Part shown: positions 9,540 through 18,505 of the stretch, one piece after another | Numbering within the stretch: the stretch's first letter is position 1 | Layout: each line of letters begins with the position of its first letter | Assembly: GCA_963847445.1 (NCBI GenBank) | Contig: CAWJZV010000046.1 | Coordinates: 96,001-160,000, forward strand | Length of the DNA: 64,000 nt | Direction of reading: 5' to 3' | DNA from: an uncultured delta proteobacterium | GTDB taxonomy: Bacteria > Desulfobacterota > Binatia > UBA9968 | Position numbers and translations under genes: made by a program | The notes under the pieces: model-generated | Database searches by the model: none | What the model was told of the DNA's origin: nothing | What the model saw: only the letters and a program-made list of their open reading frames with translations

Positions 9540-10494
9540 TAAAAGTCCAATTGCGGTTTGATTTCATGCAACAGCATCCGCGCCTGGCCGGGCACATTAT
9601 CCGACGCGATGCGCGCGATGATCGTCGTCAGGCCGGCGTCGATGTAGCCTTTCAGCAAACCCACGCATTCTTCAGGCGTGGTGAAGATGGTGAAGAAGTG
9701 GCCAAGCTTGGTGCGCGGCGTGCCGAAGAAATTTCTCCATCCATTGCCAGCCTTCTTCTTTCGCCTTTTCTGCGTCGTCAGAAATATTGAAAGTCACGTA
9801 GAGCGCGGATTCGCGCAGTTTACCCACTCGGCCATAGCTTTCGGCGTGCTCGGCGATCTTTGCGCGGGCGCCGGTGAATCGTTCGAGTGTCGGCGCCAGC
9901 GTTACCCAGCCGTCGCCCAAACGGGCGACGCGTTTGAAACCGGTGTCGTTGCGGTCGGCGACGATCCAGATCGGGAATGCCGGCTGCTGCGCCGGGTGGG
10001 GCAGGATGCCGACATCGTGCAGTTTGAAGTAGCGGCCTTCATAATCGATTTTGGTCTCGCTCCACAGCCGGCGCATGATCTCGATGGTTTCGCTCAAGTC
10101 TTCCCGCCTTTTCCTGGGGCGGCACGCCGCAGGCGGCGAACTGGCGCTGAATGTAATCGCGCACCGGACCGACGCTGACGCCTAAAATAATTCTGCCGTT
10201 GGAAATCACATCGATGGTCGCCAGCGCGTGGGCGAGCAGCACCGGATTGCGCAACGCCGGCAGCATCGGCACGATGCCCAGACGAATTTTATTCGTACGC
10301 GCCGCCAACGCCGCCATGGTGGTCAAGCAATCGCCGCGCGCCTTGTCCAAGACCGTGACGCTATCGCCGAGCCAGATGTGGTCGAAACCGAGTTCCTCGG
10401 CTTGCGCCGCATCGGACCAAAGGTGCTCGAAGCTTTTGCTGGCGTCTTCGGCGCGAATCAGTTGGCGGGTGTGCAATAGTAAGCCAATGTCCAT
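9539..10494 (-). CDS. LLM-class flavin-dependent oxidoreductase (two frameshifts)
   Basis: AEELGFDHIWLGDS, LRNPVLLAH..ATID..SNGRIILGV, RVARLGDGW; its stop overlaps the next ATG (TAATG). Confidence 0.82.
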
Positions 10495-10521
10495 TGTGAA
10501 CTATTCTCCCGAGAGTTAATC

Positions 10522-10592
10522 GGTAAGGGGTTATGGGTAGGAAGGATTAGGCAGATCCGGAGAACTCCTGGCCCTTACCCTTCACGCCTTAC
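10522..10592. repeat. Degenerate palindrome built from 7-nt tandem units
   Basis: GGTAAGG GGTTATG GGTAGGA ... CCCTTAC CCTTCAC GCCTTAC. Confidence 0.5.
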
Positions 10593-10605
10593 TGTCATTT
10601 CGCCT

Positions 10606-11622
10606 TTACTTCCCCGTCGCCTTCAGCGCTCGTTCCCAGCCGAGTTCGCGCAGTTCTTTGTAAACTTCCCTGGTGAAGCGGAAGTCGAAGATCTGTTCGA
10701 CGGGCACGTCTTTCTGCACGTTGAGCATGCGCTTGGCGATCTCGATGTCCGACTTTTGTGTCTCGGCGTCTTCTGTGCCGTCGGCGGTCATCATTTCCAT
10801 CGTCGCATCGTAGTCGGCGTTGCGCACGTCGTCCGGGGCTTTGTCGTATTTTTTGCCGAGCGCCAGCGCTTGAGCTTTGTTGCGTTTGACGAACTCGCGC
10901 CCCTTCACCGTAGCGCGCAAAAAACGCCGCACCAGGTCCGGCCGCTTGACCACGGTTTCTTCCGCCGCGGCCAAGCCGGTGTAGAGCATTTTGATTTCCT
11001 TGCCGATGTTGACCACTTCATGCACGGGAAAGCCACGAGTCTGCATGCGCAGCGAGTCGGCGAAGCCCAAGACCGCGGAATCTACCGCCTTGGCCGCCAG
11101 CGAGGTCACCCGGCCGCCGGTGCCGAGCGCGACCCAGATGACATCGCGCACCGGGTCCAAGTTGTACTTGCGCAGCATTAAATTGGCCGCGCCTTCCATG
11201 GTGTCGCCGCGTGAGGCGATGCCGATGCCTTTGCCGCGCAGGTCCGGCACTTTGCGAATATCGTCGCGCCAACTGAGGATTTTATAGAGCGGCCGGTCGA
11301 GATTGACGTAGACGACTTTGAGCCTGATGCCGCGCAGGCTGGCATTCAATGACGAACCCGAAGACGTGCTGAAGTGGAGATCGCCGGCGACCAAGGCTTG
11401 GGTCGCCAATCCGCCTGGCATGGCGATGACTTCGACGTCCAACCCTTCGTCGCGGTAGTAGCCCAGCTCCTTGGCGACGAAGTGCGGGTAATAGATCACG
11501 CCGAAACTGGCGAATGACACGCGCAGAGTTTCGAGGCTGGGTAGTTGAGCCGACAAAGAAGCGGGCGCAACCGCAAAAACGAGAACGGATGCAAGGCTCA
11601 GCAAAAAATATTTCGACTTCAT
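10606..11622 (-). CDS. ABC-type substrate-binding protein, NMT1/SsuA family
   Basis: Signal peptide, LGYYRDEGLDVE, ALVAGDLHF, IFDFRF. Confidence 0.85.
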   Translation of the reverse strand: MKSKYFLLSLASVLVFAVAPASLSAQLPSLETLRVSFASFGVIYYPHFVAKELGYYRDEGLDVEVIAMPGGLATQALVAGDLHFSTSSGSSLNASLRGIRLKVVYVNLDRPLYKILSWRDDIRKVPDLRGKGIGIASRGDTMEGAANLMLRKYNLDPVRDVIWVALGTGGRVTSLAAKAVDSAVLGFADSLRMQTRGFPVHEVVNIGKEIKMLYTGLAAAEETVVKRPDLVRRFLRATVKGREFVKRNKAQALALGKKYDKAPDDVRNADYDATMEMMTADGTEDAETQKSDIEIAKRMLNVQKDVPVEQIFDFRFTREVYKELRELGWERALKATGK

Positions 11623-11729
11623 GCAGTAAGATTTACATAACTGTTAAACGCACTCAAACGCAAGGTCGCTGGTGCTGCTTGTCTCACTTGCACGGCTGCG
11701 ATATACACGCACTTTGAGGAGTTAATCCT

Positions 11730-12623
11730 ATGGCAAATGCAAACCCGATCACTTTGGAACGCATCGATCACGGCGTCTTGCCGTCCAACGATCTCGGCCG
11801 GTCGTTTCGCTTCTGGTCGTCATTCATGGGCGGACAGATCGGCCATCACACCAATTTGACCGTGCGCGGTCTTAATCGCGAAGTGCCGATGATTATTTTT
11901 ATGACGGTGGCCAATCATCGCGGTTTTGGCCTGGCGTTGCAGGATTTTCGCATCTCGCCCAATCCGGCGCGCCGCTTGGACGGCGTGGTCTGGGGCTTCG
12001 AAGTCGCCGATAACAATCTCGACGCCGCCAGTGCGGAAGCGGAAAAGCAGAAGCTGCGTTGCGAGCGCGTCGCCGATTATCCGGCGTCGAGTCCGATCAA
12101 AGAATCGCTTTTCGTCCTCGATCCCGACGGCAATACTATCGAGTTGTGCATCCGCAAACAGCCCTCGGATCAAGCGCCGCAAGCGGGTCCGGTGCCGCTC
12201 CGGCGCATCAGCCATGTGCGCGTCGAGGTGACCGACCTCGAACAAGCGCGCGACTGGTACGCCAACACCTTCGGCCTCGTCGTTGGCGAGCAAGTGCCTG
12301 GAGAGAACCAATTGACAATGACAGTTGCCAAGTCGAATCAGTTGATCATACTGCGCGATGTCGACAAGGTCGCCGACCGCAGCACGCAGTGTTACAAAGG
12401 CCCGCATATCGATCTGCGCTCGGATGAAGCGTCTTACCCGGAAATGCTCAAGCGCTTCAATCGCAAAGAGACCTACTGGGGTCCCGATCCAAACTTGATC
12501 CCCTGGCATGAGCCCGACACCAATACCGCCTACGGCTACGATCCGTTCGGCAATCGCATCCAGATCGGCATCATCGCCCAGCGGCCGATGCATCACGGGG
12601 ATGTGGCGCGCTTTCGGACCTAA
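11730..12623 (+). CDS. Two-domain VOC (glyoxalase/extradiol dioxygenase-like) protein
   Basis: IDHGVL, DPDGNTIELC, ISHVRV, PHIDL, DPFGNRIQI; RBS GAGGAG. Confidence 0.8.
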   Translation: MANANPITLERIDHGVLPSNDLGRSFRFWSSFMGGQIGHHTNLTVRGLNREVPMIIFMTVANHRGFGLALQDFRISPNPARRLDGVVWGFEVADNNLDAASAEAEKQKLRCERVADYPASSPIKESLFVLDPDGNTIELCIRKQPSDQAPQAGPVPLRRISHVRVEVTDLEQARDWYANTFGLVVGEQVPGENQLTMTVAKSNQLIILRDVDKVADRSTQCYKGPHIDLRSDEASYPEMLKRFNRKETYWGPDPNLIPWHEPDTNTAYGYDPFGNRIQIGIIAQRPMHHGDVARFRT

Positions 12624-12664
12624 GAAATTTAGCCGCAAAGAACGCAAAATAGGAATCGGATTTT

Positions 12665-12794
12665 CTCCCGCAAAGGCGCGAAGGCGCAAAGGTCGGACGT
12701 TGTCATTTCGAACGGAGAGAGAAATTTATAGTTCTCGCATTCGCTCGGCATGACAGTCTGGCCTGACTTTGCGACCTTGGCGCCTTGGCGGGAG
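12665..12794. repeat. Composite palindromic element: CGCAAAG-type outer arms with a TGTCAT...ATGACA hairpin nested inside
   Basis: Outer arms CTCCCGCAAAGGCGCGAAGGCGCAAAG / CTTTGCGACCTTGGCGCCTTGGCGGGAG; inner TGTCATTTCGAACGGAGAGAGAAAT..TTCTCGCATTCGCTCGGCATGACA. Confidence 0.75.
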
Positions 12795-12811
12795 TAATTC
12801 CTCGAATTGCA

Positions 12812-13801
12812 ATGTTCTCATCAAGAATCCTATTCACGCTTGGCGCGGTATTCGCGATCCCTTGCTGGCAGCGCGAACTCGTCCACGCGGCGGACGACAA
12901 GGTCCGCTTTTCCGTCGCCGCCGTCACCGGCAGTTATATGGACGAGTTTGTCGCCATCGAAAAAGGCTATCATCGAGAAGAAGGCCTCACGGTGGAGATG
13001 ATCCGAGCCGGCGGCGGTATCGCGACTCAGGCGTTGATGTCGGGGGATCTCCATTTCAGCACTTCGGCCGGTTCGGCGTTGAGCGCCATGTTGCGCGGCG
13101 CCGAGATTAAAGTCATCTACACCAATATCGACCGGCCGGGCTATCAGCTCTGGTCGGGCCATGGCGATATCAAGCAGTTGAAAGATCTACGAGGCAAACG
13201 GGTCGGCGTCACCAGCCGCGGTGATACCCAGGAGCTGTCGGTGCGTTTGCTGTTGCGCAAGTATGGCATCGACGCCAATTCGGTCTCCTATATGCCGGTG
13301 GGCTTCGGCGCCCAGCGGTTGGCCGCTCTGCAAGCGGGCAGCGTCGACGCCGTGCCGCTGGGCGCGGGGGACTTCGCCCAGTTGAAACAGCCCAAGGGCC
13401 ATATGCTCGGCGACACTGAAAAAGAGATTCGCTTCGCCTACGTCGGCTTGGCGGTGGCGAGTAAGCTGATCGCGCGCCAGCCGGAGTTGGTCGAGAAATT
13501 TCTCCGCAGCGTGATCAAGGGCCGGGAATATGCGCGCCGTTACCGCGAGCAGACGATTACGATCCTCGGCAAATACACCCAGCGCAAACGCGAATTCAAC
13601 GAGGTCGACTACGATTCCACCTTGCCGGTGTTAACTTCCGAAGGCTGGGTCGGCGACGACATCATCAAGGAAGACGTCGCCATGCGCGCCGAATTGGTCA
13701 ACGTGCCGGCACCCAACGACTACAATAAGTTTTTCGACTACAGCCTGGTCAAAAAAATTTACCGTGAGCTGAAAGCATCCGGCTGGAAGCCGGCTCCGTG
13801 A
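12812..13801 (+). CDS. ABC-type substrate-binding protein, NMT1/SsuA family
   Basis: KGYHREEGLTVE, ALMSGDLHFSTS, FFDYSLV; close paralog of 6785 and 10606. Start codon uncertain. Confidence 0.85.
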   Translation: MFSSRILFTLGAVFAIPCWQRELVHAADDKVRFSVAAVTGSYMDEFVAIEKGYHREEGLTVEMIRAGGGIATQALMSGDLHFSTSAGSALSAMLRGAEIKVIYTNIDRPGYQLWSGHGDIKQLKDLRGKRVGVTSRGDTQELSVRLLLRKYGIDANSVSYMPVGFGAQRLAALQAGSVDAVPLGAGDFAQLKQPKGHMLGDTEKEIRFAYVGLAVASKLIARQPELVEKFLRSVIKGREYARRYREQTITILGKYTQRKREFNEVDYDSTLPVLTSEGWVGDDIIKEDVAMRAELVNVPAPNDYNKFFDYSLVKKIYRELKASGWKPAP

Positions 13802-13822
13802 AGTAAAGACAAAGACGGACGC

Positions 13823-13906
13823 TTCACCACGAAGGCACGAAGGACACGAAGGTTTCGGAGAAATAAATTTCCGAACTTCGTGTATCTTCGTGTCCTTCGT
13901 GGTGAA
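13823..13906. repeat. Palindromic element with CACGAAG(G) tandem units
   Basis: TTCACCACGAAGGCACGAAGGACACGAAG..CTTCGTGTATCTTCGTGTCCTTCGTGGTGAA; near-identical copy at 51050. Confidence 0.85.
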
Positions 13907-13940
13907 AAATGATTTTTTCATACTACACAGGAGAACCCAC

Positions 13941-15056
13941 ATGAGCACAACCTATGAAGTCGCCGATATGATGATCGGCGTGCGCAACATGATCGAGGCC
14001 GCGGATCTGCGGCGCGGCGACCAAGTTTTATTGCTCGCCGATACGCGCAGCGACAAGACGACGCTGGAGGCGTTGACCGCGGGGTTGCGCTTTTTCGGCG
14101 CGGAACCGATGACGATGGTGACTGAGCCGATTGCGCGCTACGGTGAGGTGCCGGCGGCGGTGATGGAGGCGATGCACGCATCGGATGTGGCGATTTGGGT
14201 CTGGCCGGTTTTCATTACTTTCACCCCGACCCATCGCGGCTTGGGACGCAAGCGTGAAGAGAGCGGCACCCAACTGCACGAAGCGCGCATGAAGCCCTAT
14301 CACATTTATTTCGAGGGCAATGGCGGCTTGCTGGCGCGCGACTACGCCAGGTTCCCCAACAAAGTTTTATGGAAGCTAGCGGAAAAAGTCCGCGAAGTCG
14401 TCGCCCCTGGCAAGGTCGTGCATATTGTCGATGATCGGGGTAGCGATTTGACCGCCAGCTACGACGGCAATCGTTTATACGGCATGCAATTTCGTGCCGG
14501 CGATCCGCCGGGGCGGTGTCATTTCCCCTGGGGACGCTGTGGCGTGTTCAACGGCGAGGGCAATTCCAATGGCGAAGTATACTTAAGCTGCGTCCAAGGT
14601 GTCGCCGGACGGCTCGCGGAGCCGATGCGCTGGAAAGTGAAAGACAACATCATCACCGAAGTCGACGGCGGCGGCGAAGTGGGCGAGGAGTGCAAACGCC
14701 TTTTCAACGAAGTCCCCGAGTCGAATCGATTGATCGAGATCATGTTCGGTTATCATCCCAAAGCCTCGGCGGCCCATGGCATCGCCGATCCGATGCATTG
14801 GGAGCTGATCAGCAAGATGCCCTGGGCTGGTTTGGGCACACCGCGTAAGCACCCAAAGTTTCGCCATATGGACGGTTCGGTGTTCAACGGCCAACTGTAT
14901 ATCGACGACCGGTTGGTGGTCGATAAACACGGCATGCTCGACCGCTCGCTGTTGCACCATCCCGAAGTGCTCGAAGTCGCGGCGGAGTTCGGCGATCCCT
15001 ATCGCGTGCTCGCGCCGGTATCCCACGAGGCGCATGGGTCGAATACGGCGTGGTGA
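13941..15056 (+). CDS. M29/NicX-fold metalloprotein (aminopeptidase T / 2,5-dihydroxypyridine dioxygenase-like)
   Basis: GDPPGRCHFPWG..NGEVYL, IEIMFGYHPKA, RHMD..LYIDDRLVV resemble NicX/M29 motifs; RBS AGGAGA. Confidence 0.6.
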   Translation: MSTTYEVADMMIGVRNMIEAADLRRGDQVLLLADTRSDKTTLEALTAGLRFFGAEPMTMVTEPIARYGEVPAAVMEAMHASDVAIWVWPVFITFTPTHRGLGRKREESGTQLHEARMKPYHIYFEGNGGLLARDYARFPNKVLWKLAEKVREVVAPGKVVHIVDDRGSDLTASYDGNRLYGMQFRAGDPPGRCHFPWGRCGVFNGEGNSNGEVYLSCVQGVAGRLAEPMRWKVKDNIITEVDGGGEVGEECKRLFNEVPESNRLIEIMFGYHPKASAAHGIADPMHWELISKMPWAGLGTPRKHPKFRHMDGSVFNGQLYIDDRLVVDKHGMLDRSLLHHPEVLEVAAEFGDPYRVLAPVSHEAHGSNTAW

Positions 15057-15173
15057 TTGTCGATTTGTGAAATGGCGGCAAAAGTGCCTGCGCAAAGTGG
15101 CTTGCCTTCCACGGACGATGGGCATCGTCGGGGCTTCCCCCATCCTGCGAGCTATCTCGAAACGGAAAAGGCG

Positions 15174-15256
15174 AATTACCTCAGAGTACACAGATGTCAC
15201 AGAGAAAAGTTCGTCTTAAGTCTCGCTGTGTTCTCTAAGCGCCTCCGTGGTGAATT
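15174..15256. repeat. Degenerate palindromic element with CACAGAG tandem units
   Basis: AATTACCTCAGAGTACACAGATGTCACAGAG..CTGTGTTCTCTAAGCGCCTCCGTGGTGAATT, between convergent genes. Confidence 0.6.
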
Positions 15257-15307
15257 ACCTCTTCGATTGGATCGCTCCAGACACGAATAGCGGATGACGC
15301 TATCTAT

Positions 15308-16378
15308 TCACAGCCCTGGCCGATAAAATCTCATGGCGTTGCCGCCGAGCACCGCTTCTTTGTCTTCTTGGGTTAGGTCGTCGCGGGCGAGCAGTTCGTC
15401 GATCTCGTGGCGGCATTTGGTGGCGTCGAAGACTTCGTGGGGGAAGTCGCTGCCGAAGAGAAATGACTGGCGTCCGCCTTTGGCGACCGCCGTGTTCAAG
15501 CCGTCGTCGTCGCAGTCGAAGCCGACAAAGATGCGCCCCTCGCGCAGTTGGGTCTTGAAATAGTCGCTGGCTTTTTCGCCTGGCGCCGGACCGCCAAGGC
15601 GGTTGCCATGGATGTCCATTTGCACATGGCCGTCGTGATAGGAGCGGTCGAGGCGGTCCATCATGAACGGCACCCAGGTGGCGCCGCCTTCGAGAAAGCC
15701 GACGCGCAGTTTGGGAAAGCGATCGAAAACTCCATGACCGATCATCGCCGAGGCTTGGATCATCAAGCTAAACGGATGGCCCAGGGCATGCACCGGATAG
15801 TAAGTCGTGAACGCATCCATGCCCATGTGATGCAGCGCGCCGACGTGGACGGCGAGACAGCAGCCTAATTTTTCCGCTTCTTCATAGAGCGGCCAGTAAA
15901 TCTTATTGCCGAAGTGGCCTTGAATCGCCTCGCCGTTGGACTTGGCAGCATGCCGCCCAACATGCCCAGCTGCTTTGACTGCGCGGCGCAATTCGACAAT
16001 CGCCGCGTCGACATCCTGGAACGGAATCAGCGCGACGCCTTTGAGGCGCGGGTTCTTGGTCAAAAACTTTTCATGGAGCCATGTATTGTAGGCTTGGCAA
16101 GCGATCACCGCCCAGTCGGGCGCCATGATGCGGCCGACGGCGAGGCCCGCGGTGGGGTAGAGCACGGTCCAGCTGATGCCGGTCTTTTCGAGAAACTCAG
16201 TCCATGCCGCGGCGTCGGGGTTGCCGGTGGCGCGGCGATTTTGTTTCAAGTAGCGAAAGTGCAGATGATCGAACTCGGGAAACAGTTTCGCCATCTGATT
16301 GCCCTTGGGCATATACTGGGCGATTTCGTCGCCGCAGATATGGTCGTTGATATGGCCGTCGGCATCGATGATTTGCAT
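15308..16378 (-). CDS. Amidohydrolase family 2 protein
   Basis: IIDADGH, LAVH, FLEGG..WVP, FGSDFPH. A short out-of-character stretch near 15940-15975 suggests compensating indels. Confidence 0.88.
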   Translation of the reverse strand: MQIIDADGHINDHICGDEIAQYMPKGNQMAKLFPEFDHLHFRYLKQNRRATGNPDAAAWTEFLEKTGISWTVLYPTAGLAVGRIMAPDWAVIACQAYNTWLHEKFLTKNPRLKGVALIPFQDVDAAIVELRRAVKAAGHVGRHAAKSNGEAIQGHFGNKIYWPLYEEAEKLGCCLAVHVGALHHMGMDAFTTYYPVHALGHPFSLMIQASAMIGHGVFDRFPKLRVGFLEGGATWVPFMMDRLDRSYHDGHVQMDIHGNRLGGPAPGEKASDYFKTQLREGRIFVGFDCDDDGLNTAVAKGGRQSFLFGSDFPHEVFDATKCRHEIDELLARDDLTQEDKEAVLGGNAMRFYRPGL

Positions 16379-16547
16379 TGGCTGAACTCCTTGGTGGTTG
16401 CTGCTTAACGTGAAATCTATGTCGGTTGCCCGATACTTTGCAATCTTTTCCCGGCTTCTGCTATGGTCGCGGAATTGGCGAGGATGCCTGGAGCCAATTG
16501 AGCAGGGGAGTTGAGTTGCTTGTCAAGAATAGAAGGGGGAGCAGATA

Positions 16548-16983
16548 GTGGACTGGATTTTTCAAACACATGATACGTACGCGTTTCTTTTTCTTCGGTT
16601 CGGCTTGGCGGTGACGTTTTTTATGCATGGGACGCAGCATGCGTTCGGTTGGCATGGCGGCAAGGGGCGCGAAGGCGCAGGTGACCAACTGGCGCGATAA
16701 GTACGGCATTCCGGTGCCGATGGGCGTCTTAGCATTGGTCATCGAGCTGTCGACGGTGGTATGCATGGCGCTGGGATTCTTTGTCCGGCCGGTCGCTTTG
16801 GGTCTGGCAGTTTTTATGGCTTTCGCGACGTTTCTCAGCCACTGGGAACATGGCTTTTTTCTTTCCTCGGCAGCGGGAAAAGGGAGCGGCATCGAGTACA
16901 CGATGGCGTTGATGCTCATGGCCCTGACCATCGTAGTCGGCGGCGCCGGGGCGTTGTCGGTGGATATCCTGTTGGGGCGATAA
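16548..16983 (+). CDS. DoxX family membrane protein (frameshift near 16590)
   Basis: RFGLAVTFFMHG, LGFFVRP, GSGIEY, GAGALSVD. Confidence 0.78.
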
Positions 16984-17200
16984 CCTAGACGACATTGTCG
17001 AAATGCTGGGCACGGAATTTAAAGCTGTGCTCTGGGTAAAACGCTTGGCGGTCGGGCAAGAAGATTGTGGCGTATCCGCAACTCTTGTATCTCGGCGTTC
17101 ATCGGACCGGACGGCAAAACCGAAAAATTCACCATTCCGCCAAAGCCATGAGATCTGCGGATGGAAAATCGCCGCGGCGTTGCCAAGTGCCGGTAATCCG

Positions 17201-17686
17201 CTACTGCAATTTTCTTTGTAATTCTTCGGTGAGCTGAGCGAGTTCGGTGTCGCCTGGATTGATTTGCAGGGCGCTGCCGAATTCTTGCAGCGCTTTTTGG
17301 ATCATGCCTTTGGTGAGATAAACGCGGCCGAGATTGATGTACGGAAAATGGCGCGGCTCATAGCGCTTGGCGTTCTTCGCCCGCTCGAGCCAGGGGATGG
17401 CGTCGTCGAGTTTTTGCTGCTGCATCAAGTAGACGCCGATGTCGTTGTAGGGGTTGCCAAATTCAGGGTCGATTTCGATGGCGATCTCGCATTGGGCGAT
17501 GGCTTCGTTCAAGCGGCCCTTAAAGCTATAGGCCCAGCCCAGATAGGTATGAGCATCGGCGGTGGGGTAGAGCGCGATGGACTCTCTATAGAGCCGGATG
17601 GCGTCGTCGAACTCCTCGGCCATCTGCAGTTTCATCGCTTCGCCGATGAGCTCGATGGCGCGCTCTTGATCTTTGCTGGTGGCCAT
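17201..17686 (-). CDS. Tetratricopeptide repeat protein
   Basis: Repeated TPR helices: AHTYLGWAY, PYNDIGVYL, PYINLGRVY. Confidence 0.85.
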   Translation of the reverse strand: MATSKDQERAIELIGEAMKLQMAEEFDDAIRLYRESIALYPTADAHTYLGWAYSFKGRLNEAIAQCEIAIEIDPEFGNPYNDIGVYLMQQQKLDDAIPWLERAKNAKRYEPRHFPYINLGRVYLTKGMIQKALQEFGSALQINPGDTELAQLTEELQRKLQ

Positions 17687-17724
17687 ATTCGTGCCGCTAG
17701 CTTACTCTGATGTCTCGATTCATT

Positions 17725-18461
17725 TCAAACTCCCCAGGCGCCGCTCAACTGAATATTCGCGCCATTGACGTAACGCGCTTCGTCGGAGAGCAGATAGCGC
17801 ACTGCGGCTACCGCGTCGTCGACGCTGCCGACATAGCCGGCGGGAATCAACTTCACCATGCGGTCGAGTTCTTCCTTGGGCGCGCTGCCGGAATCGATAA
17901 ATCCGGGGGCAACGCAGTTCATGGTGATGCCGTCGGCGGCGACCAGTTTCGCGAACGAGCGTGACAGCGCCAGCAAGCCGACTTTGGCGATGTAATGGGC
18001 GGTCAACTGGGGCTGGGCGATGAGTTGCTCGGCATTGGCCATGGTGAAGGAGACGATGCGCCCCCATCTGCTGCGCTTTCATGATCGGCAGTACCGCGTG
18101 GGTCAAGTAAAAAACTGGATGGAGGTTGTTGTCGAACATGTCGTGCCAGCCGGCGTTGGTTTCCTGCAACAGCGACACCCGGTGATAGGGGCCGGCGCCG
18201 TTGATCAGAGCGTCGATGCGGCCGAATTCCTGGTGCACGCGCTCTACCAATTTCACCGCGGCCTCAGGCATTGGAGACATCGCATTGCAGCGCCAATCCG
18301 CCGCTACCGTTTTGTTTGACGCCGGCGATGACTTCGGCCGCTTCGTCGGCACTGGTGCGATAGCAAATCGCCACCGTCCAGCCTCGCGCTGCCAGGTCCA
18401 ATGCGACGGCGCGGCCGATGCCTTTGGCGCCGCCGGTGATCAGTGCAACTTTGTTGTCCAT
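17725..18461 (-). CDS. SDR-family oxidoreductase (two frameshifts)
   Basis: VALITGGAKGIG, FGRIDALINGAG, NCVAPGFIDS, YVNGANIQLSG across three ORFs. Confidence 0.8.
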
Positions 18462-18505
18462 TGAGTAGCTCAGTCGAGAGATTTACGATACGGCGCTGAT
18501 CAATT

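Noticed and set aside
13823-13906. CACGAAG repeats as a CRISPR array
   Set aside because: The units are adjacent and inverted, with no unique spacers and no cas genes.
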